NCBI GenBank assembly: GCA_943355025.1
Contig: CALRDW010000005.1
Coordinates: forward strand, 244-64,243
Direction: 5' to 3'
Source of the DNA: Candidatus Magasanikiibacteriota bacterium
GTDB taxonomy: Bacteria; Patescibacteriota; Patescibacteriia; Magasanikbacterales; 2-02-FULL-50-9b
Length of the DNA stretch: 64,000 nt
Shown here: positions 48,819-59,586 of the stretch, piece after piece
Position numbering within the stretch: the stretch's first letter is position 1
How the letters are laid out: each line of letters opens with the position of its first letter
Notes under the pieces: model-generated
The model's input: only the letters and a program-made list of their open reading frames with translations
What the model was told of the DNA's origin: nothing
The model's database searches: none
Translations under genes and position numbers: made by a program

Positions 48819-50573
48819 ATGAAAGAATCGAATTGGGTCGTTGCACAAGAATATATAGATGAGATCGCAGAGACATTTCCGGATTTGCCGCCACTCGTGG
48901 CGCAGCTCCTCTGGAATCGTGGCGTGCGAACTCAACATGAGGGGCGCTCTTTTTTAGAACCAGATTATGAGCGCGATATTCATGATCCTTTTTTGTTTCA
49001 ACACATGCGGCGTGCCGTTGATCGCTTGCGTGCAGCAATTGTAGCGCAAGAATTAATTGTGGTGCATGGCGACTATGATGCTGACGGAATTTCCGCCGCA
49101 TCAATTCTTACACACACTCTCAGAACCCTTGGAGCACGCGTTGAAGGTTTCATCCCCCACCGCGAATTTGACGGATACGGAGTTAAGCATTCGACAATTG
49201 ACCTGCTTGCAGGGCGCGGCGCGCAGGTTATTATTACGTGCGACTGTGGCATTTCAAATGCACCAGAAATTGAACACGCACGCGGAAAAAATATCGATGT
49301 CATTGTTACGGATCACCATGCCATTCCGGAACAATTGCCCGATGCGTATGCGATTCTACATCCAAAAGTTGCTGGTGAGCCTTACCCTGACAAAACGTTG
49401 TCTGGTGGAGGTGTTGCGTTTAAACTCATGCAAGGATTACTCCAAGATCCAGAAACGCGAAAACTCTTGCCCGCTGGAGTTAATCCCGATGGATTTCAAA
49501 AATGGCAACTTGATTTAGTCGCTATATCAAGCGTCGCGGATATGGTGCCGCTTGTCGGCGAAACACGCACGCTCGTTCATTATGGCTGCATGGTTTTAGG
49601 AAAAACGCGGCGGCCAGGTCTGCGCGCGCTTCTTGCCCGTGATAAAATTATCGTGACTGACAAAGGTTCATCAGCACCGATAACACCGATTACAATTGGT
49701 TTTAAAATTGCGCCACGCATCAATGCAGCGGGACGCATGGATCATGGAAAAACTGCGTTTGAAATGCTTCTTGCAGACACTGAACCCGAAGGCCAACGAC
49801 TCGCAGATTTACTATTTCAACACAACATCAATCGACAAAAATTAACTGAGGTAATTGTAAAAGAAGCGGTTGCAAAAATTAAAGAAGGCGGACTCGATAC
49901 ATACCCCGTTACGGTAGTTGCTGGCGAAGGTTGGCCAGCAGGGGTGCTTGGACTCATCGCATCACGGCTTAAAGAAAAATTTTATAAACCAACATTCGTC
50001 ATTGGCATCAACGATGATCGCATCGTTGGTTCTGGCCGATCAATTGATGAATGGAATATGATTGCGGCAATGCAAACTGCGCCGCAATTATTTACAAAGT
50101 TTGGCGGCCACCCACAGGCATGCGGTTTTTCGCTCGGAAGCATTGATGCGATTCAGGAATTTGCAAACGCAATGTATATTTTAGCAGAAGCGCACGTTGC
50201 AAATATTACAAAACTCATTCCGACGATTTCTATCGATGCGCGAGCACAACTCGGCGATTTAAACTGGGATGTTCTCAAGTTGCTTGAAAAATTTGAGCCG
50301 TATGGAATGGGAAATCCAGAGCCGAGATTCCTTGCAGAAAAAATGGATGTCGTTACGGCCGCACACGTCGGAACCGAAGGTAAACATATGCGTCTCATGG
50401 TAAAAAATGGGTCGCCAGCAATTAAAAAATTAATGGCGTTCAACATGGGTGAACATCTCGGGCGATTCTCGCCCGGTAAACAACTTGATGGTGTGTTCAC
50501 ATTCGGTAGCAACGAGTGGAACGGCGTTAAGGAGCTTCAATATAAACTTCATGACTTTCGATTATGCGAATGA
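48819..50573 (+). CDS. recJ: Single-stranded DNA exonuclease RecJ
   Basis: HGDYDADG, ITCDCG, VTDHH, APRINAAGR, GSGRS, FGGHPQACG, EPYGMGNP. Confidence 0.97.
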   Translation: MKESNWVVAQEYIDEIAETFPDLPPLVAQLLWNRGVRTQHEGRSFLEPDYERDIHDPFLFQHMRRAVDRLRAAIVAQELIVVHGDYDADGISAASILTHTLRTLGARVEGFIPHREFDGYGVKHSTIDLLAGRGAQVIITCDCGISNAPEIEHARGKNIDVIVTDHHAIPEQLPDAYAILHPKVAGEPYPDKTLSGGGVAFKLMQGLLQDPETRKLLPAGVNPDGFQKWQLDLVAISSVADMVPLVGETRTLVHYGCMVLGKTRRPGLRALLARDKIIVTDKGSSAPITPITIGFKIAPRINAAGRMDHGKTAFEMLLADTEPEGQRLADLLFQHNINRQKLTEVIVKEAVAKIKEGGLDTYPVTVVAGEGWPAGVLGLIASRLKEKFYKPTFVIGINDDRIVGSGRSIDEWNMIAAMQTAPQLFTKFGGHPQACGFSLGSIDAIQEFANAMYILAEAHVANITKLIPTISIDARAQLGDLNWDVLKLLEKFEPYGMGNPEPRFLAEKMDVVTAAHVGTEGKHMRLMVKNGSPAIKKLMAFNMGEHLGRFSPGKQLDGVFTFGSNEWNGVKELQYKLHDFRLCE

Positions 50574-50974
50574 TAACTTATACAGACGGTGGCGCACGCG
50601 GAAATCCAGGACCGGCCGCGATTGGCGTTGTTGTAAAAAATGGAACGACTGGTGAAAATATCAGCGGCTTTGGTCGCTATATTGGTCACACAACAAATAA
50701 TCAAGCGGAATATCAAGCACTTGTCGCAGCGCTTGAAGAAGCGATTAAACACGGAGCAACCGAAGTTTCTTGTTTTTTAGATTCTGAATTGATTGTCAAG
50801 CAAATGAACCGCGAATATCGCGTGCGCGATATTGGGCTGCAGACGCATTTTATGAAAGTGTGGAATATGGCAACAACACTTAAAAAAGTTACCTTCACTC
50901 ACATACCGCGAGCAAAAAATAAAGAGGCAGACGCATTCGTAAATCAAGCGCTTGACGCACAACGCCTGCGCTAA
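50570..50974 (+). CDS. Ribonuclease HI family protein
   Basis: YTDGGARGNPG, TNNQAEY, LDSELIVKQ, HIPRAKNKEAD. Confidence 0.93.
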   Translation: MITYTDGGARGNPGPAAIGVVVKNGTTGENISGFGRYIGHTTNNQAEYQALVAALEEAIKHGATEVSCFLDSELIVKQMNREYRVRDIGLQTHFMKVWNMATTLKKVTFTHIPRAKNKEADAFVNQALDAQRLR

Positions 50975-50997
50975 GGGTAAACTTTTTCTGATAAAAA

Positions 50998-51996
50998 TTA
51001 GTGCTCGGCACGCTTCACTTCCGCGTATGCAGCGGCAGAAATTTTTTTAATAATTGATGCCATATCAATATAATCAGTACCTTTTGTCATCACGCACAGC
51101 AAGTACGCTTTATTTGGAAAATAAACGATACCGCAATCGTGCAGATACTTTTCTGATTTCTGATCCGGTCCTAGGCTTTGCTCACCAAATTTATGGGCAA
51201 CCTCAATTTCTGGCGGCACACCTGCAACAATTCCCTGCTTAAAATCACTTTGAGCTAGTAATGAAAGTGCATAATCAGAAAATATCTGATTGATATACGC
51301 TGCGTTATAAAACATTCGAAAGAAATATGAGTATTGTTTCACAGAAATAAACGCTGGAAAATTACTCTGGTTTTTTGGTATTGTAATCGACGCTTCAGTA
51401 TAAACATCGTCTATGTTTTTATGATCTATCAAACTTGCGACAGCAATTAAAGCGTTATTGTCAGAATATGATGACATATACTTTAAAAGTTCTTCGACTG
51501 TATAATTTTTCCCAAGCACTGTATGATGCGCTGAACTAAAAAATTCTCCAGCATTTTTGTCTTCAGTACCGACTAGTTTTACAGCACTCTTTAAAAATTC
51601 TGGATGCTCCTCAATGTAATTCAAACTTGCAAGAAGCATAGGGACCTTCAAGAGGCTCGCTGGCCAGTAGGTCTGATCTGGGTTAAGTCCAACCCAGCGG
51701 CCGGAACTCAAATCACGAAAATAGACCGAGGCTGTTTCTATTTTATGATCAGTGATTCCAGATTGAACAATATCTTGAAAAGCCTTCTCTAGCGGCATGT
51801 ACTCACGATACTCTTTATTTTCAGAAAAATTACACGCAATGAGAGGGCTTACATACTTATACTTTCCTGAGATTCTCCGCGGCCCGTTACCCGCTAAATC
51901 AGACTCGACACTATTTTTTCTTGCATAAAAAAATCCGCATGCTCCGCCAAGCATTAATAAAAAAATAAGGATAACTACTTTTTTTAAAGCGTACAT
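50998..51996 (-). CDS. Class A beta-lactamase-related serine hydrolase
   Basis: ASLLK (SxxK), YSDN (SDN), AHKFG (KTG variant), HDCGIV; N-terminal anchor. Confidence 0.88.
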   Translation of the reverse strand: MYALKKVVILIFLLMLGGACGFFYARKNSVESDLAGNGPRRISGKYKYVSPLIACNFSENKEYREYMPLEKAFQDIVQSGITDHKIETASVYFRDLSSGRWVGLNPDQTYWPASLLKVPMLLASLNYIEEHPEFLKSAVKLVGTEDKNAGEFFSSAHHTVLGKNYTVEELLKYMSSYSDNNALIAVASLIDHKNIDDVYTEASITIPKNQSNFPAFISVKQYSYFFRMFYNAAYINQIFSDYALSLLAQSDFKQGIVAGVPPEIEVAHKFGEQSLGPDQKSEKYLHDCGIVYFPNKAYLLCVMTKGTDYIDMASIIKKISAAAYAEVKRAEH

Positions 51997-51997
51997 T

Positions 51998-52558
51998 TTA
52001 TTCATACATGCTGCCACGTTTTCTATCCATTGATAGCCCAACGACGAGCAGACCAAGTATCGGAAGAACAACCCACGTAAATTTGCCCCACGCGCTCACA
52101 AAAATTATTTGTGTGAGAGTTGCTAGTTTTGCTGTCCATTGCTCCGGCAAGAAACTCATAATTACACTGATGAGCATCCCAACTTGTAAAAATGAGAGCA
52201 GAATAATATGCCACCACTTTCCAAGCATACCGTCAGTTTGAATTGCATGATTGAGCGCGCTGCGTGTCAAGAGAAAAAATAAAATAACGAAAAGACCGAC
52301 AAAGGCACCGACTTTAACTGCGAACGCCTGGCCAAAAGCAAGACTGACACCTGTTGGAATAAATGGCATGCGCATAACAGCAACAAGCGCCATATACAGT
52401 GCAATCATGATCATGATAATGCGATCACGGCCAAGTGAAAATCCGTAAAGCAAGGTCCCGATGAGCAAAAAGACCAAAATAAATAAATCCCAGGTCGGAT
52501 GAGACCAGGAAATTGCCTGGGTATAATCTGAAATAAGCTGTTTTATTGGCTCTGACAT
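51998..52558 (-). CDS. Multi-pass membrane protein (CvpA-like)
   Basis: About 5 hydrophobic segments, D..IL......YG...GR start. Confidence 0.6.
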   Translation of the reverse strand: MSEPIKQLISDYTQAISWSHPTWDLFILVFLLIGTLLYGFSLGRDRIIMIMIALYMALVAVMRMPFIPTGVSLAFGQAFAVKVGAFVGLFVILFFLLTRSALNHAIQTDGMLGKWWHIILLSFLQVGMLISVIMSFLPEQWTAKLATLTQIIFVSAWGKFTWVVLPILGLLVVGLSMDRKRGSMYE

Positions 52559-52654
52559 GGCATCAGTATACTCGCCCTGCACAAAATTTCAAGAAAAAAG
52601 CCTGTAACACTTTTTGGTTACAGGCACTGACGCTTCGTATTGCTCTGGTGATTT

Positions 52655-53308
52655 CTACAGTGGCACTTCTGCCAAGATTTCTTTGATCCGACCGCCCGTG
52701 CTATGGCTCACAAATGCAATTGACCGGATAAGACCTTGGTGCTGATACCTCATGGGTGTCCGCGTATTAAACACATCTGGCTGATCAATGTGCATAAGCG
52801 TAATGTGCGGAACAAACCGATAACCGACGTACATTTGTCCGAACGTCTCAAGCAAAGCGCGTTGCGGCTTTGTAAGCGCGGGTTGTTTCGCGTCAGCCAG
52901 GGCGAGCAATTCAAGAATCGACTGCGGATCGACAAACTGCGAAAGATCAAGCGATTTCTTGTGCAAATCACTGAGACCTCCGCGGTCAGCGTACCAAAAA
53001 AAGTAATTCCCACTGTGCACAGCGATTTTGTCCATCGAGATGCGTTGTCCGCTCACCATGGTACGCGCAGCATGCGCAAGCTCCTCAAGCTTGTCTTGCA
53101 CAAACTTTTCGCGCAGACCTTTGAAGTTTCGATGTTGAAACAACGTGATGTGGGCGCGGTCCCACGTCACTCGTTGAAGCCTGCGGTCCTTCGTTCCTCT
53201 GAATTCTAGAATGTCTTCTGCGAGCTCCTCGGCAATTACAGCGGTACGATTGTCAACCATTGCCACAATGCCATACCAGCCGCTATAGACTCGGTTTGAT
53301 TTCACCAT
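52655..53308 (-). CDS. 2H phosphoesterase superfamily protein
   Basis: Two HxT motifs, AHITLFQ and PHITLMH. Confidence 0.8.
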   Translation of the reverse strand: MVKSNRVYSGWYGIVAMVDNRTAVIAEELAEDILEFRGTKDRRLQRVTWDRAHITLFQHRNFKGLREKFVQDKLEELAHAARTMVSGQRISMDKIAVHSGNYFFWYADRGGLSDLHKKSLDLSQFVDPQSILELLALADAKQPALTKPQRALLETFGQMYVGYRFVPHITLMHIDQPDVFNTRTPMRYQHQGLIRSIAFVSHSTGGRIKEILAEVPL

Positions 53309-53409
53309 TATCAGTACCCCCTCAAAATCAAAAGTTCTTGTCCAACGCTATCAAATGTTCTAAAATCTGTCAAGCTGTCGCCTGGCATGCATGATACTTA
53401 AAAATTTGC

Positions 53410-54525
53410 TTAAGATTGTTTAAGCTCTTCTTGTAATTGCTCAAGTAATTTTTTTCCCGCGCGTGAAATATGTTTTGGTACCGCAATGGTTACGTGCACA
53501 AAATGATCACCGCGACCGCCGCCATGTCGCACACCCCCTTTTCCTTTGAGACGCACCTGCTCACCTGAAACGATCCCCTCAGGAATTTTTATGGTAATAC
53601 GCCCTTCGAGACTATCCGTTTCTGCGATGCCGCCAAGAACTGCTGTTGGGTATGAAATATGAACCTCCGTGTGAATATTGTCGCCATCTCGCTGCATTGT
53701 TTTATGTGGGCGAACATGGATGCGAATATATAAGTCGCCCGCTGGTGCGCCGTACGCTGCAGCAGCGCCATGTCCCGTTAAGCGAATTGACTCACCCTGA
53801 TGAATGCCGGCAGGAATTTTAACCGTGATTGTTTGTTCGCGCTTGCGCACACCTGTACCACTACATGTGCCACATGGTTTTTCTGGAATTTTTCCTGATC
53901 CATGACAGTGTGGACATGTTGCAACAGTTTGCATTGCTCCTAAAATTGTCTGCTGCATGCGCACGATCTGCCCCTTACCTCCGCATTCCTTACAACCAAC
54001 CGTTTTACTGTTGGATGCCGCACCTGACCCGGAACACGTCTCGCACGACGCAAGTTTATTTAATTTCAAGGTGCGTTCAACGCCGAATGACGATTCTTCA
54101 AGCGTGAGCTCAACATCAATTGCAATATCCTCGCCGCGCTGCGTTTTCGCGCGACCTCCGCCTGAGCGTCCGCCACCGAATCCAAACATGTCACCAAAAC
54201 CACCGAACAAATCTCCGAGATCTTCTGCATTCCCAAAATTAAATTCAAACCCACCGGCATGCTGTCCGCCACCAAATGGACTGCCGCCGCCCGGTGCGCC
54301 GTGATTACCTTGCGCAAAATCAGAACCAAATTGATCAAATTGTTGGCGCTTCGTTTTGTCTGACAAAATTTGATTTGCCTCATTAATTTCTTTAAATTTT
54401 TCAGCATTGCCACCTTTTTTATCAGGGTGGTGCACGTGCGCGAGTTTGCGAAATGCTTTTTTAATCTCGTCCTCAGAAGCATCCCGAGTAACTCCTAAAA
54501 TTTTATAGTAATCTTTATTTGCCAT
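53410..54525 (-). CDS. dnaJ: Chaperone DnaJ
   Basis: HPD J-domain, G/F region, four CxxCxGxG motifs. Confidence 0.98.
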   Translation of the reverse strand: MANKDYYKILGVTRDASEDEIKKAFRKLAHVHHPDKKGGNAEKFKEINEANQILSDKTKRQQFDQFGSDFAQGNHGAPGGGSPFGGGQHAGGFEFNFGNAEDLGDLFGGFGDMFGFGGGRSGGGRAKTQRGEDIAIDVELTLEESSFGVERTLKLNKLASCETCSGSGAASNSKTVGCKECGGKGQIVRMQQTILGAMQTVATCPHCHGSGKIPEKPCGTCSGTGVRKREQTITVKIPAGIHQGESIRLTGHGAAAAYGAPAGDLYIRIHVRPHKTMQRDGDNIHTEVHISYPTAVLGGIAETDSLEGRITIKIPEGIVSGEQVRLKGKGGVRHGGGRGDHFVHVTIAVPKHISRAGKKLLEQLQEELKQS

Positions 54526-54588
54526 AACGCACACTTTAAACGCGCCTCGCCGAGCGCGAGGCTTGGCAAGGCGCGCTACAAAAAATAA

Positions 54589-56502
54589 TTAGACTACCTC
54601 ACCCTCGATCGGGCCGGCGGTACCTGTATCCTGGGCCGCGCCTTCTTCCTGCGGGCCGTCAGCCGCCCTTGCCCCGCCCTCTGGCTGACCGGCAGCAGCG
54701 CCTTGCTGTTGATACAGTGCTGCACCAACTTTCTGCGCGTGTTCACTGAGTTCGTCGGCGGCTTTTTTAATTGCCTCGACATCTGTTCCATCCTTAACAG
54801 CTTTGAGTGCGACGATTTTTTCTTCAACATTTTTCTTGTCATCTGCTGAAACTTTTTCGCCCGCCTCTTTCATCATCTTCTCCGTCGTATAAATCATCGT
54901 GTCTGCAATATTGTGTGCTTCAACAAGCTCCTGTTTTTTCTTGTCATCTTCCGCGTGAAGCTCTGCCTCCTTGCGCATTTTTTCAACCTCTTCTTTTGAA
55001 AGCCCGCTCGACGCTGTGATCGTAATTTTCTGTTCCTTATTTGTACCCTTATCTTTCGCGGACACTGACAAGATACCGTTTGCATCAATATCAAATGTCA
55101 CTTCAATCTGTGGCACGCCGCGCGGCGCTGATGGAATTCCGTCGAGCATAAATCTGCCGAGTGATTTATTATCAGGCGCCATCGGACGCTCGCCCTGCAA
55201 AACATGAATCTCAACAGATGGCTGAGCGTCTGCCGCAGTTGAAAACGTTTGAGACTTGCTTGTTGGAACTGTCGTGTTGCGCATAATAAGCGCGGTCATA
55301 ACACCTCCCATTGTTTCAATACCGAGCGAGAGTGGCGTAACGTCGAGAAGCAAGACATCCTTAACTTCACCCTGCAAAATACCGGCCTGAACCGCTGCGC
55401 CAACAGCAACAACTTCGTCAGGATTTACTGAAACATTTGGCTTCTTGCCAAAAAATTTCTCAACGGTCGCAAGCACGAGTGGCATGCGTGTCATACCACC
55501 GACCATCACAACTTCGTGAATGTCGCCCGTCGACATTTTTGCATCCGCAAGTGCTTTCTTTACCGGTTCGAGTGTACGCTCAACAAGTGCGTGCACTAAT
55601 TCCTCGAGTTTTGAGCGCGACAATTTTAATACAAGATGTTTCGGTCCATTTGCATCAGACGTAATAAACGGCTGATTGATTTCAGTTTCCTGCGCAGTTG
55701 ATAATTCAATCTTTGCTTTTTCTGCTGCATCTTTAATGCGCTGAAGCGCGAGTGCGTCTTTGCCAATATCAACGCCCGTTTCTTTTTTGAATTCATCGAT
55801 GATCCACTGAATAATTACCTGATCAAAGTCATCACCACCCAAATGTGTGTCGCCATTTGTCGCGCGAACCTCAACCGTGTCTGCTGAAACTTCAAGAATC
55901 GAAATGTCGAATGTACCACCACCAAGGTCGTACACCGCGATTTTCTGATCCTGTTTTTTATCAAAGCCGTATGCAAGTGCAGCAGCAGTCGGTTCATTCA
56001 AAATGCGGAGCACTGTCAAACCCGCGATTTTACCCGCATCAATTGTTGCTTGACGCTGAGCATCGTCAAAATAAGCTGGAACAGTAATCACCGCTTCAGT
56101 TATAGATTCGCCGAGACGCGCCTCTGCATCTGCTTTAAGTTTTTGAAGTACCATTGCTGAAATTTCTTGTGGCGCATAGTCTTTTCCGCTCATTGCAATC
56201 TTAACGCCGTCGCCTGATTTAACAATCTTAAATGGCATGAGCTTAAGGTCGCGCTTGACTGCCTCGTCTTCAAAGCGGCGACCAATAAGACGCTTGATTG
56301 AATACAAAGTATTTTCTGGGTTTGTAACTGCCTGACGCTTTGCCGGTAAGCCAACAACGCGCTCTCCCGCTTTTGTCATCGCAACAATCGATGGCGTTGT
56401 GCGAACACCTTCTGCATTTTCTAAGACGCGAGGAACACCCCCTTCGATGATGGCCACGCATGAGTTTGTTGTACCGAGATCGATACCGAGAATTTTAGAC
56501 AT
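54589..56502 (-). CDS. dnaK: Chaperone DnaK
   Basis: [31 protein letters not shown]. Confidence 0.99.
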   Translation of the reverse strand: MSKILGIDLGTTNSCVAIIEGGVPRVLENAEGVRTTPSIVAMTKAGERVVGLPAKRQAVTNPENTLYSIKRLIGRRFEDEAVKRDLKLMPFKIVKSGDGVKIAMSGKDYAPQEISAMVLQKLKADAEARLGESITEAVITVPAYFDDAQRQATIDAGKIAGLTVLRILNEPTAAALAYGFDKKQDQKIAVYDLGGGTFDISILEVSADTVEVRATNGDTHLGGDDFDQVIIQWIIDEFKKETGVDIGKDALALQRIKDAAEKAKIELSTAQETEINQPFITSDANGPKHLVLKLSRSKLEELVHALVERTLEPVKKALADAKMSTGDIHEVVMVGGMTRMPLVLATVEKFFGKKPNVSVNPDEVVAVGAAVQAGILQGEVKDVLLLDVTPLSLGIETMGGVMTALIMRNTTVPTSKSQTFSTAADAQPSVEIHVLQGERPMAPDNKSLGRFMLDGIPSAPRGVPQIEVTFDIDANGILSVSAKDKGTNKEQKITITASSGLSKEEVEKMRKEAELHAEDDKKKQELVEAHNIADTMIYTTEKMMKEAGEKVSADDKKNVEEKIVALKAVKDGTDVEAIKKAADELSEHAQKVGAALYQQQGAAAGQPEGGARAADGPQEEGAAQDTGTAGPIEGEVV

Positions 56503-56522
56503 AAAATTTAATTTAATGTGTG

Positions 56523-57017
56523 TTAAGCTTGTGGCTTATCAGCCGCAACAATAACGCGCGCTGCTGTGATGACTTTATTTCCTAATTTATAGCCGCCATC
56601 AGTTTCTGAAATAACTGTTCCGGAAGCGACACCTTCTTTATATTCTTCTTTTACAGACTCCATTGTCATGGGATCAAATGGTTTTCCAACAGTCTCGATT
56701 TCTTCAACCCCAAGTTGCAACAATGTCATTTTAAACATCGTCCCGATATGCTGTGTACCCGTAAACCAGTTTTTAACACTTGCCGATTGCTCTGCTTCTG
56801 GTGGCGTGTGTTGCATCGCACGCTTGAAGTAATCATAGACAGGCAGAAACGCACGCACTGCTTCTGCTGTCGCGAGCTTCCCCATCTGTGAGCGCGCCTC
56901 AACCGTCTCGCGCTGCAAATTTGCATAATCCGCCTGCGCGCGACGCCAGCCTGCTAGATATTCCGCTGCTTTGTCTGCCGCTTCTTCTACCACCTCGTCT
57001 GTTGATTCGTTTTGCAT
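56523..57017 (-). CDS. grpE: Nucleotide exchange factor GrpE
   Basis: [27 protein letters not shown]; operon position. Confidence 0.94.
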   Translation of the reverse strand: MQNESTDEVVEEAADKAAEYLAGWRRAQADYANLQRETVEARSQMGKLATAEAVRAFLPVYDYFKRAMQHTPPEAEQSASVKNWFTGTQHIGTMFKMTLLQLGVEEIETVGKPFDPMTMESVKEEYKEGVASGTVISETDGGYKLGNKVITAARVIVAADKPQA

Positions 57018-57018
57018 A

Positions 57019-57723
57019 TTACATGTCAGATTCAAGTAATCGTTTCATCGCCTGCATGAGTGCGATGTTGCGGTCATACCGCATGCGCATGAAGCCGAGG
57101 AGCGCCATGATGCGTTCGCCTTCGCTTGATGCGTATGTGGTTACCATAAGTGATAAATTTTCGTCGATCGGATTTTGTTTACCGATCAAAATTTTAACGT
57201 CGCCACTAACAGCAACTTCAAATAAGTTGTCCATCAGATCGTCAGTTCGGTCGAGCGCTCGTGAAATTTGACGCATTACATCGGTGTTGTTCGATTCGCT
57301 CGAACTGTACATGTGACCCATGCCCACGCTATATAACGAACGCGGATCAACGCCGACCATAATAATATTACCCGCAAGGTTAGAAAGCTCACGCGCAATG
57401 TGACGCACTTTTTCCTCCGGCGTGTCGCTCGCGTCAAGTTCCCCTTCGAGAATATCAACCTCTTCGCTTACTTCGGCCGGTCGCATGTATGTTTCAATAT
57501 ATGCGCGATACCCCTCTTCGGTTGGAACGCGACCAGCCGACGTGTGTGGCTGTTTGAGAAGTCCGGCACGCTCAAGCTCAAGCAGATCAGCACGAACCGT
57601 TGCGCTTGATACTTTTTCAGAGAGTTGCTCAACAACCCATTCGCTGCCAATAGGCTCCCCTGTGGATATGTGTCCTTCCACCGCGAGACGGAAGATTGTC
57701 ATCTGACGCTCAGTTAAGCCCAT
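57019..57723 (-). CDS. hrcA: Heat-inducible repressor HrcA (short form)
   Basis: EPIGS, SSATVR, LKQPHTSAGRVPT, RMRY. Confidence 0.94.
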   Translation of the reverse strand: MGLTERQMTIFRLAVEGHISTGEPIGSEWVVEQLSEKVSSATVRADLLELERAGLLKQPHTSAGRVPTEEGYRAYIETYMRPAEVSEEVDILEGELDASDTPEEKVRHIARELSNLAGNIIMVGVDPRSLYSVGMGHMYSSSESNNTDVMRQISRALDRTDDLMDNLFEVAVSGDVKILIGKQNPIDENLSLMVTTYASSEGERIMALLGFMRMRYDRNIALMQAMKRLLESDM

Positions 57724-57751
57724 ATTTTGACTAAATGGTAATAAAAACCAA

Positions 57752-57792
57752 TTAGCACTCTGGATTATAGAGTGCTAATGCAAGGCTGTCAA
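57752..57792 (-). promoter_or_regulatory. CIRCE operator overlapping a consensus sigma70 promoter
   Basis: TTAGCACTC-N9-GAGTGCTAA at 57752-57778; minus-strand TTGACA (57792-57787), 17 nt, TATAAT (57769-57764). Confidence 0.97.
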
Positions 57793-57796
57793 GTGA

Positions 57797-57982
57797 CTAA
57801 ACTGAACCGTTTTTATTACGAACACGTGCATTAATTTCAGCCAAAGCAGTCTTTAGGCGGCTCGTAAACTCTAAATTATCCTTTAATAAATGCTCTGACC
57901 AACGAACAACTCCTGGATTATTTTTAATATCGTCTTCATACGTTTTTCTATTTGTTTCCATTGTACCCAAAGACATTCTCAA
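57797..57982 (-). CDS. Small ORF or frameshifted C-terminus of the upstream Ala-rich gene
   Basis: 61 aa helical ORF overlapping the upstream stop in the -1 frame. Confidence 0.4.
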   Translation of the reverse strand: MRMSLGTMETNRKTYEDDIKNNPGVVRWSEHLLKDNLEFTSRLKTALAEINARVRNKNGSV

Positions 57983-59007
57983 GCTTTTACGATATTAAGC
58001 TTGTCAATATCCTGAGACATACGGTTAATCTTCTGAACGTCTCCCAAATACCTTGGCGTGATTGAGGGATTAGTCAATGTGTTTGTTCTGCGATCATTCT
58101 TTGCAAAAATTGTACCACCGGTAATCTTAGATCCCACAAGATACTCAAGCTTAGCTCCATCCCCTATGGCCTCAAGCACTTCGTAATTAACTTTTTGCAA
58201 ATTTGAAAGCTCGCTCACCTCTTTTTTGAGATTTGCCACATCCTCCTCTGAGATTGGTGTATTTTCTGCTCGTAATGCCGCAGTTTTATTAGAAATAGCA
58301 TTTAGCTTATCTGCTATTGCAGCGATACTAGACTCAACATTTTTCGTAGCTTCCGGACCCTTCAATTGCTCTTGAACGCGTGCATTCAGTCCTTCAAGAG
58401 TGCGCGTCTTTCTTTCTCCTGGTGTTAAATTCGCTTCTTTTGCAGCAGCGGCCGCCTTTTGCTCCGCAGCAACCCGTTCTCCAACAGCAGCGTTAATCTT
58501 CTTCATCACTGCGGCATCTCCCGACGCAAGTGCGGCTTCCGATTCAGCAACTTCATCTGCATTCATCGCTTCAAAATTTTGACTGAGTTTGCCAGACGCT
58601 TCGCCGAGCGCCGAAGCGGCGCGCATTTCATCACGCTTTGCTTTAAGACCCTCAACTGTCGAGCCTTTAATTGCTTCAACTTTTGCACCTTGCACATCTT
58701 CTGCCGTTATTTCAGCGCCCGCCTCCACAGCCTTATCAACTTCTGTATTCACTTCACCAAGAGATGCTCCGACTGCTTCTTTATTTTTCGAAACCATTTG
58801 GCCAAGCTCTGTTTTGTGCTGCGCTGCCAGAGAACCAAAACTATCTGTCGAGATTCGAAGCGCTTCGCGCACTGCGTCGCGCCGTCCCGCAGCTGCCGCT
58901 GCGGCAGCCTCGGCAGATTTTGCAGCAGCTTCTGCCGCTTCAGCAGCTGATTTATTTGCTTCTACTTTTGCTTCCGTCTGTCCTTTGATTTTATCGAGAA
59001 AACCCAT
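57979..59007 (-). CDS. Ala/Glu/Lys-rich coiled-coil hypothetical protein
   Basis: 342 aa, MGFLDKIK start, low-complexity helical sequence. Confidence 0.75.
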   Translation of the reverse strand: MGFLDKIKGQTEAKVEANKSAAEAAEAAAKSAEAAAAAAAGRRDAVREALRISTDSFGSLAAQHKTELGQMVSKNKEAVGASLGEVNTEVDKAVEAGAEITAEDVQGAKVEAIKGSTVEGLKAKRDEMRAASALGEASGKLSQNFEAMNADEVAESEAALASGDAAVMKKINAAVGERVAAEQKAAAAAKEANLTPGERKTRTLEGLNARVQEQLKGPEATKNVESSIAAIADKLNAISNKTAALRAENTPISEEDVANLKKEVSELSNLQKVNYEVLEAIGDGAKLEYLVGSKITGGTIFAKNDRRTNTLTNPSITPRYLGDVQKINRMSQDIDKLNIVKA

Positions 59008-59018
59008 AGTATTAAAAA

Positions 59019-59582
59019 TTACATTTGCTGAATTTTACCGAGCAATACATTCTCAACAAAAATTCCACGTGGATAAAAGATCCGTTCGAGCTCATTTTTT
59101 ATTTCAATCTCGATCGTATCGCGCTGCGTTGAATGAATCTCGTTATACGTAAAACGTGACGCGATCAAGCGAAATCGCGAACGCATCGTTGGTCGGACAA
59201 TTTTCTGAACAAAATCCTCACCAATTGTTTGCCAGATAACTGGAATCTGGTGCACATCAAGGCGAAGGAGTACCGTGCCCTCAAGACTAACTGTCTGCCC
59301 ATCACGCGTTGACGCCTCAATCGGCTTATCGCCAAGTGCACGAACCATAAGCGGATTAAAACTTTCGTCAATCGTATATTCAAGTGTCTGAACATTAAAC
59401 AATTTTGCCTGCTGCCAAAAAGGAATTTTCAAATGCAGCCCCGGCGTATATACTTTTTTTAAAACGCCACGTCCCAAATCGTATACAGCGGCAACATACC
59501 CCGGCGGAACATAAATCGTCACGCCTTTGAGCACGTCCTCCATCACGAACGAATACATCATTTTGTCAATTTCTGCTGACAT
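59019..59582 (-). CDS. SPFH/prohibitin domain protein (no N-terminal TM)
   Basis: VPPGY..V..D..RGV....PGLHLKIPF.Q, TRDGQ, IVRPTMRS. Confidence 0.85.
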   Translation of the reverse strand: MSAEIDKMMYSFVMEDVLKGVTIYVPPGYVAAVYDLGRGVLKKVYTPGLHLKIPFWQQAKLFNVQTLEYTIDESFNPLMVRALGDKPIEASTRDGQTVSLEGTVLLRLDVHQIPVIWQTIGEDFVQKIVRPTMRSRFRLIASRFTYNEIHSTQRDTIEIEIKNELERIFYPRGIFVENVLLGKIQQM

Positions 59583-59586
59583 ACAT

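Noticed and set aside
50998-51996. Functional antibiotic-resistance beta-lactamase
   Set aside because: KFG replaces KTG and I see no clear omega-loop ExxLN motif; only a related serine hydrolase can be supported.
58459-59152. Long + strand ORFs opposite the Ala-rich gene
   Set aside because: They are antisense artefacts of GCN-rich codons.
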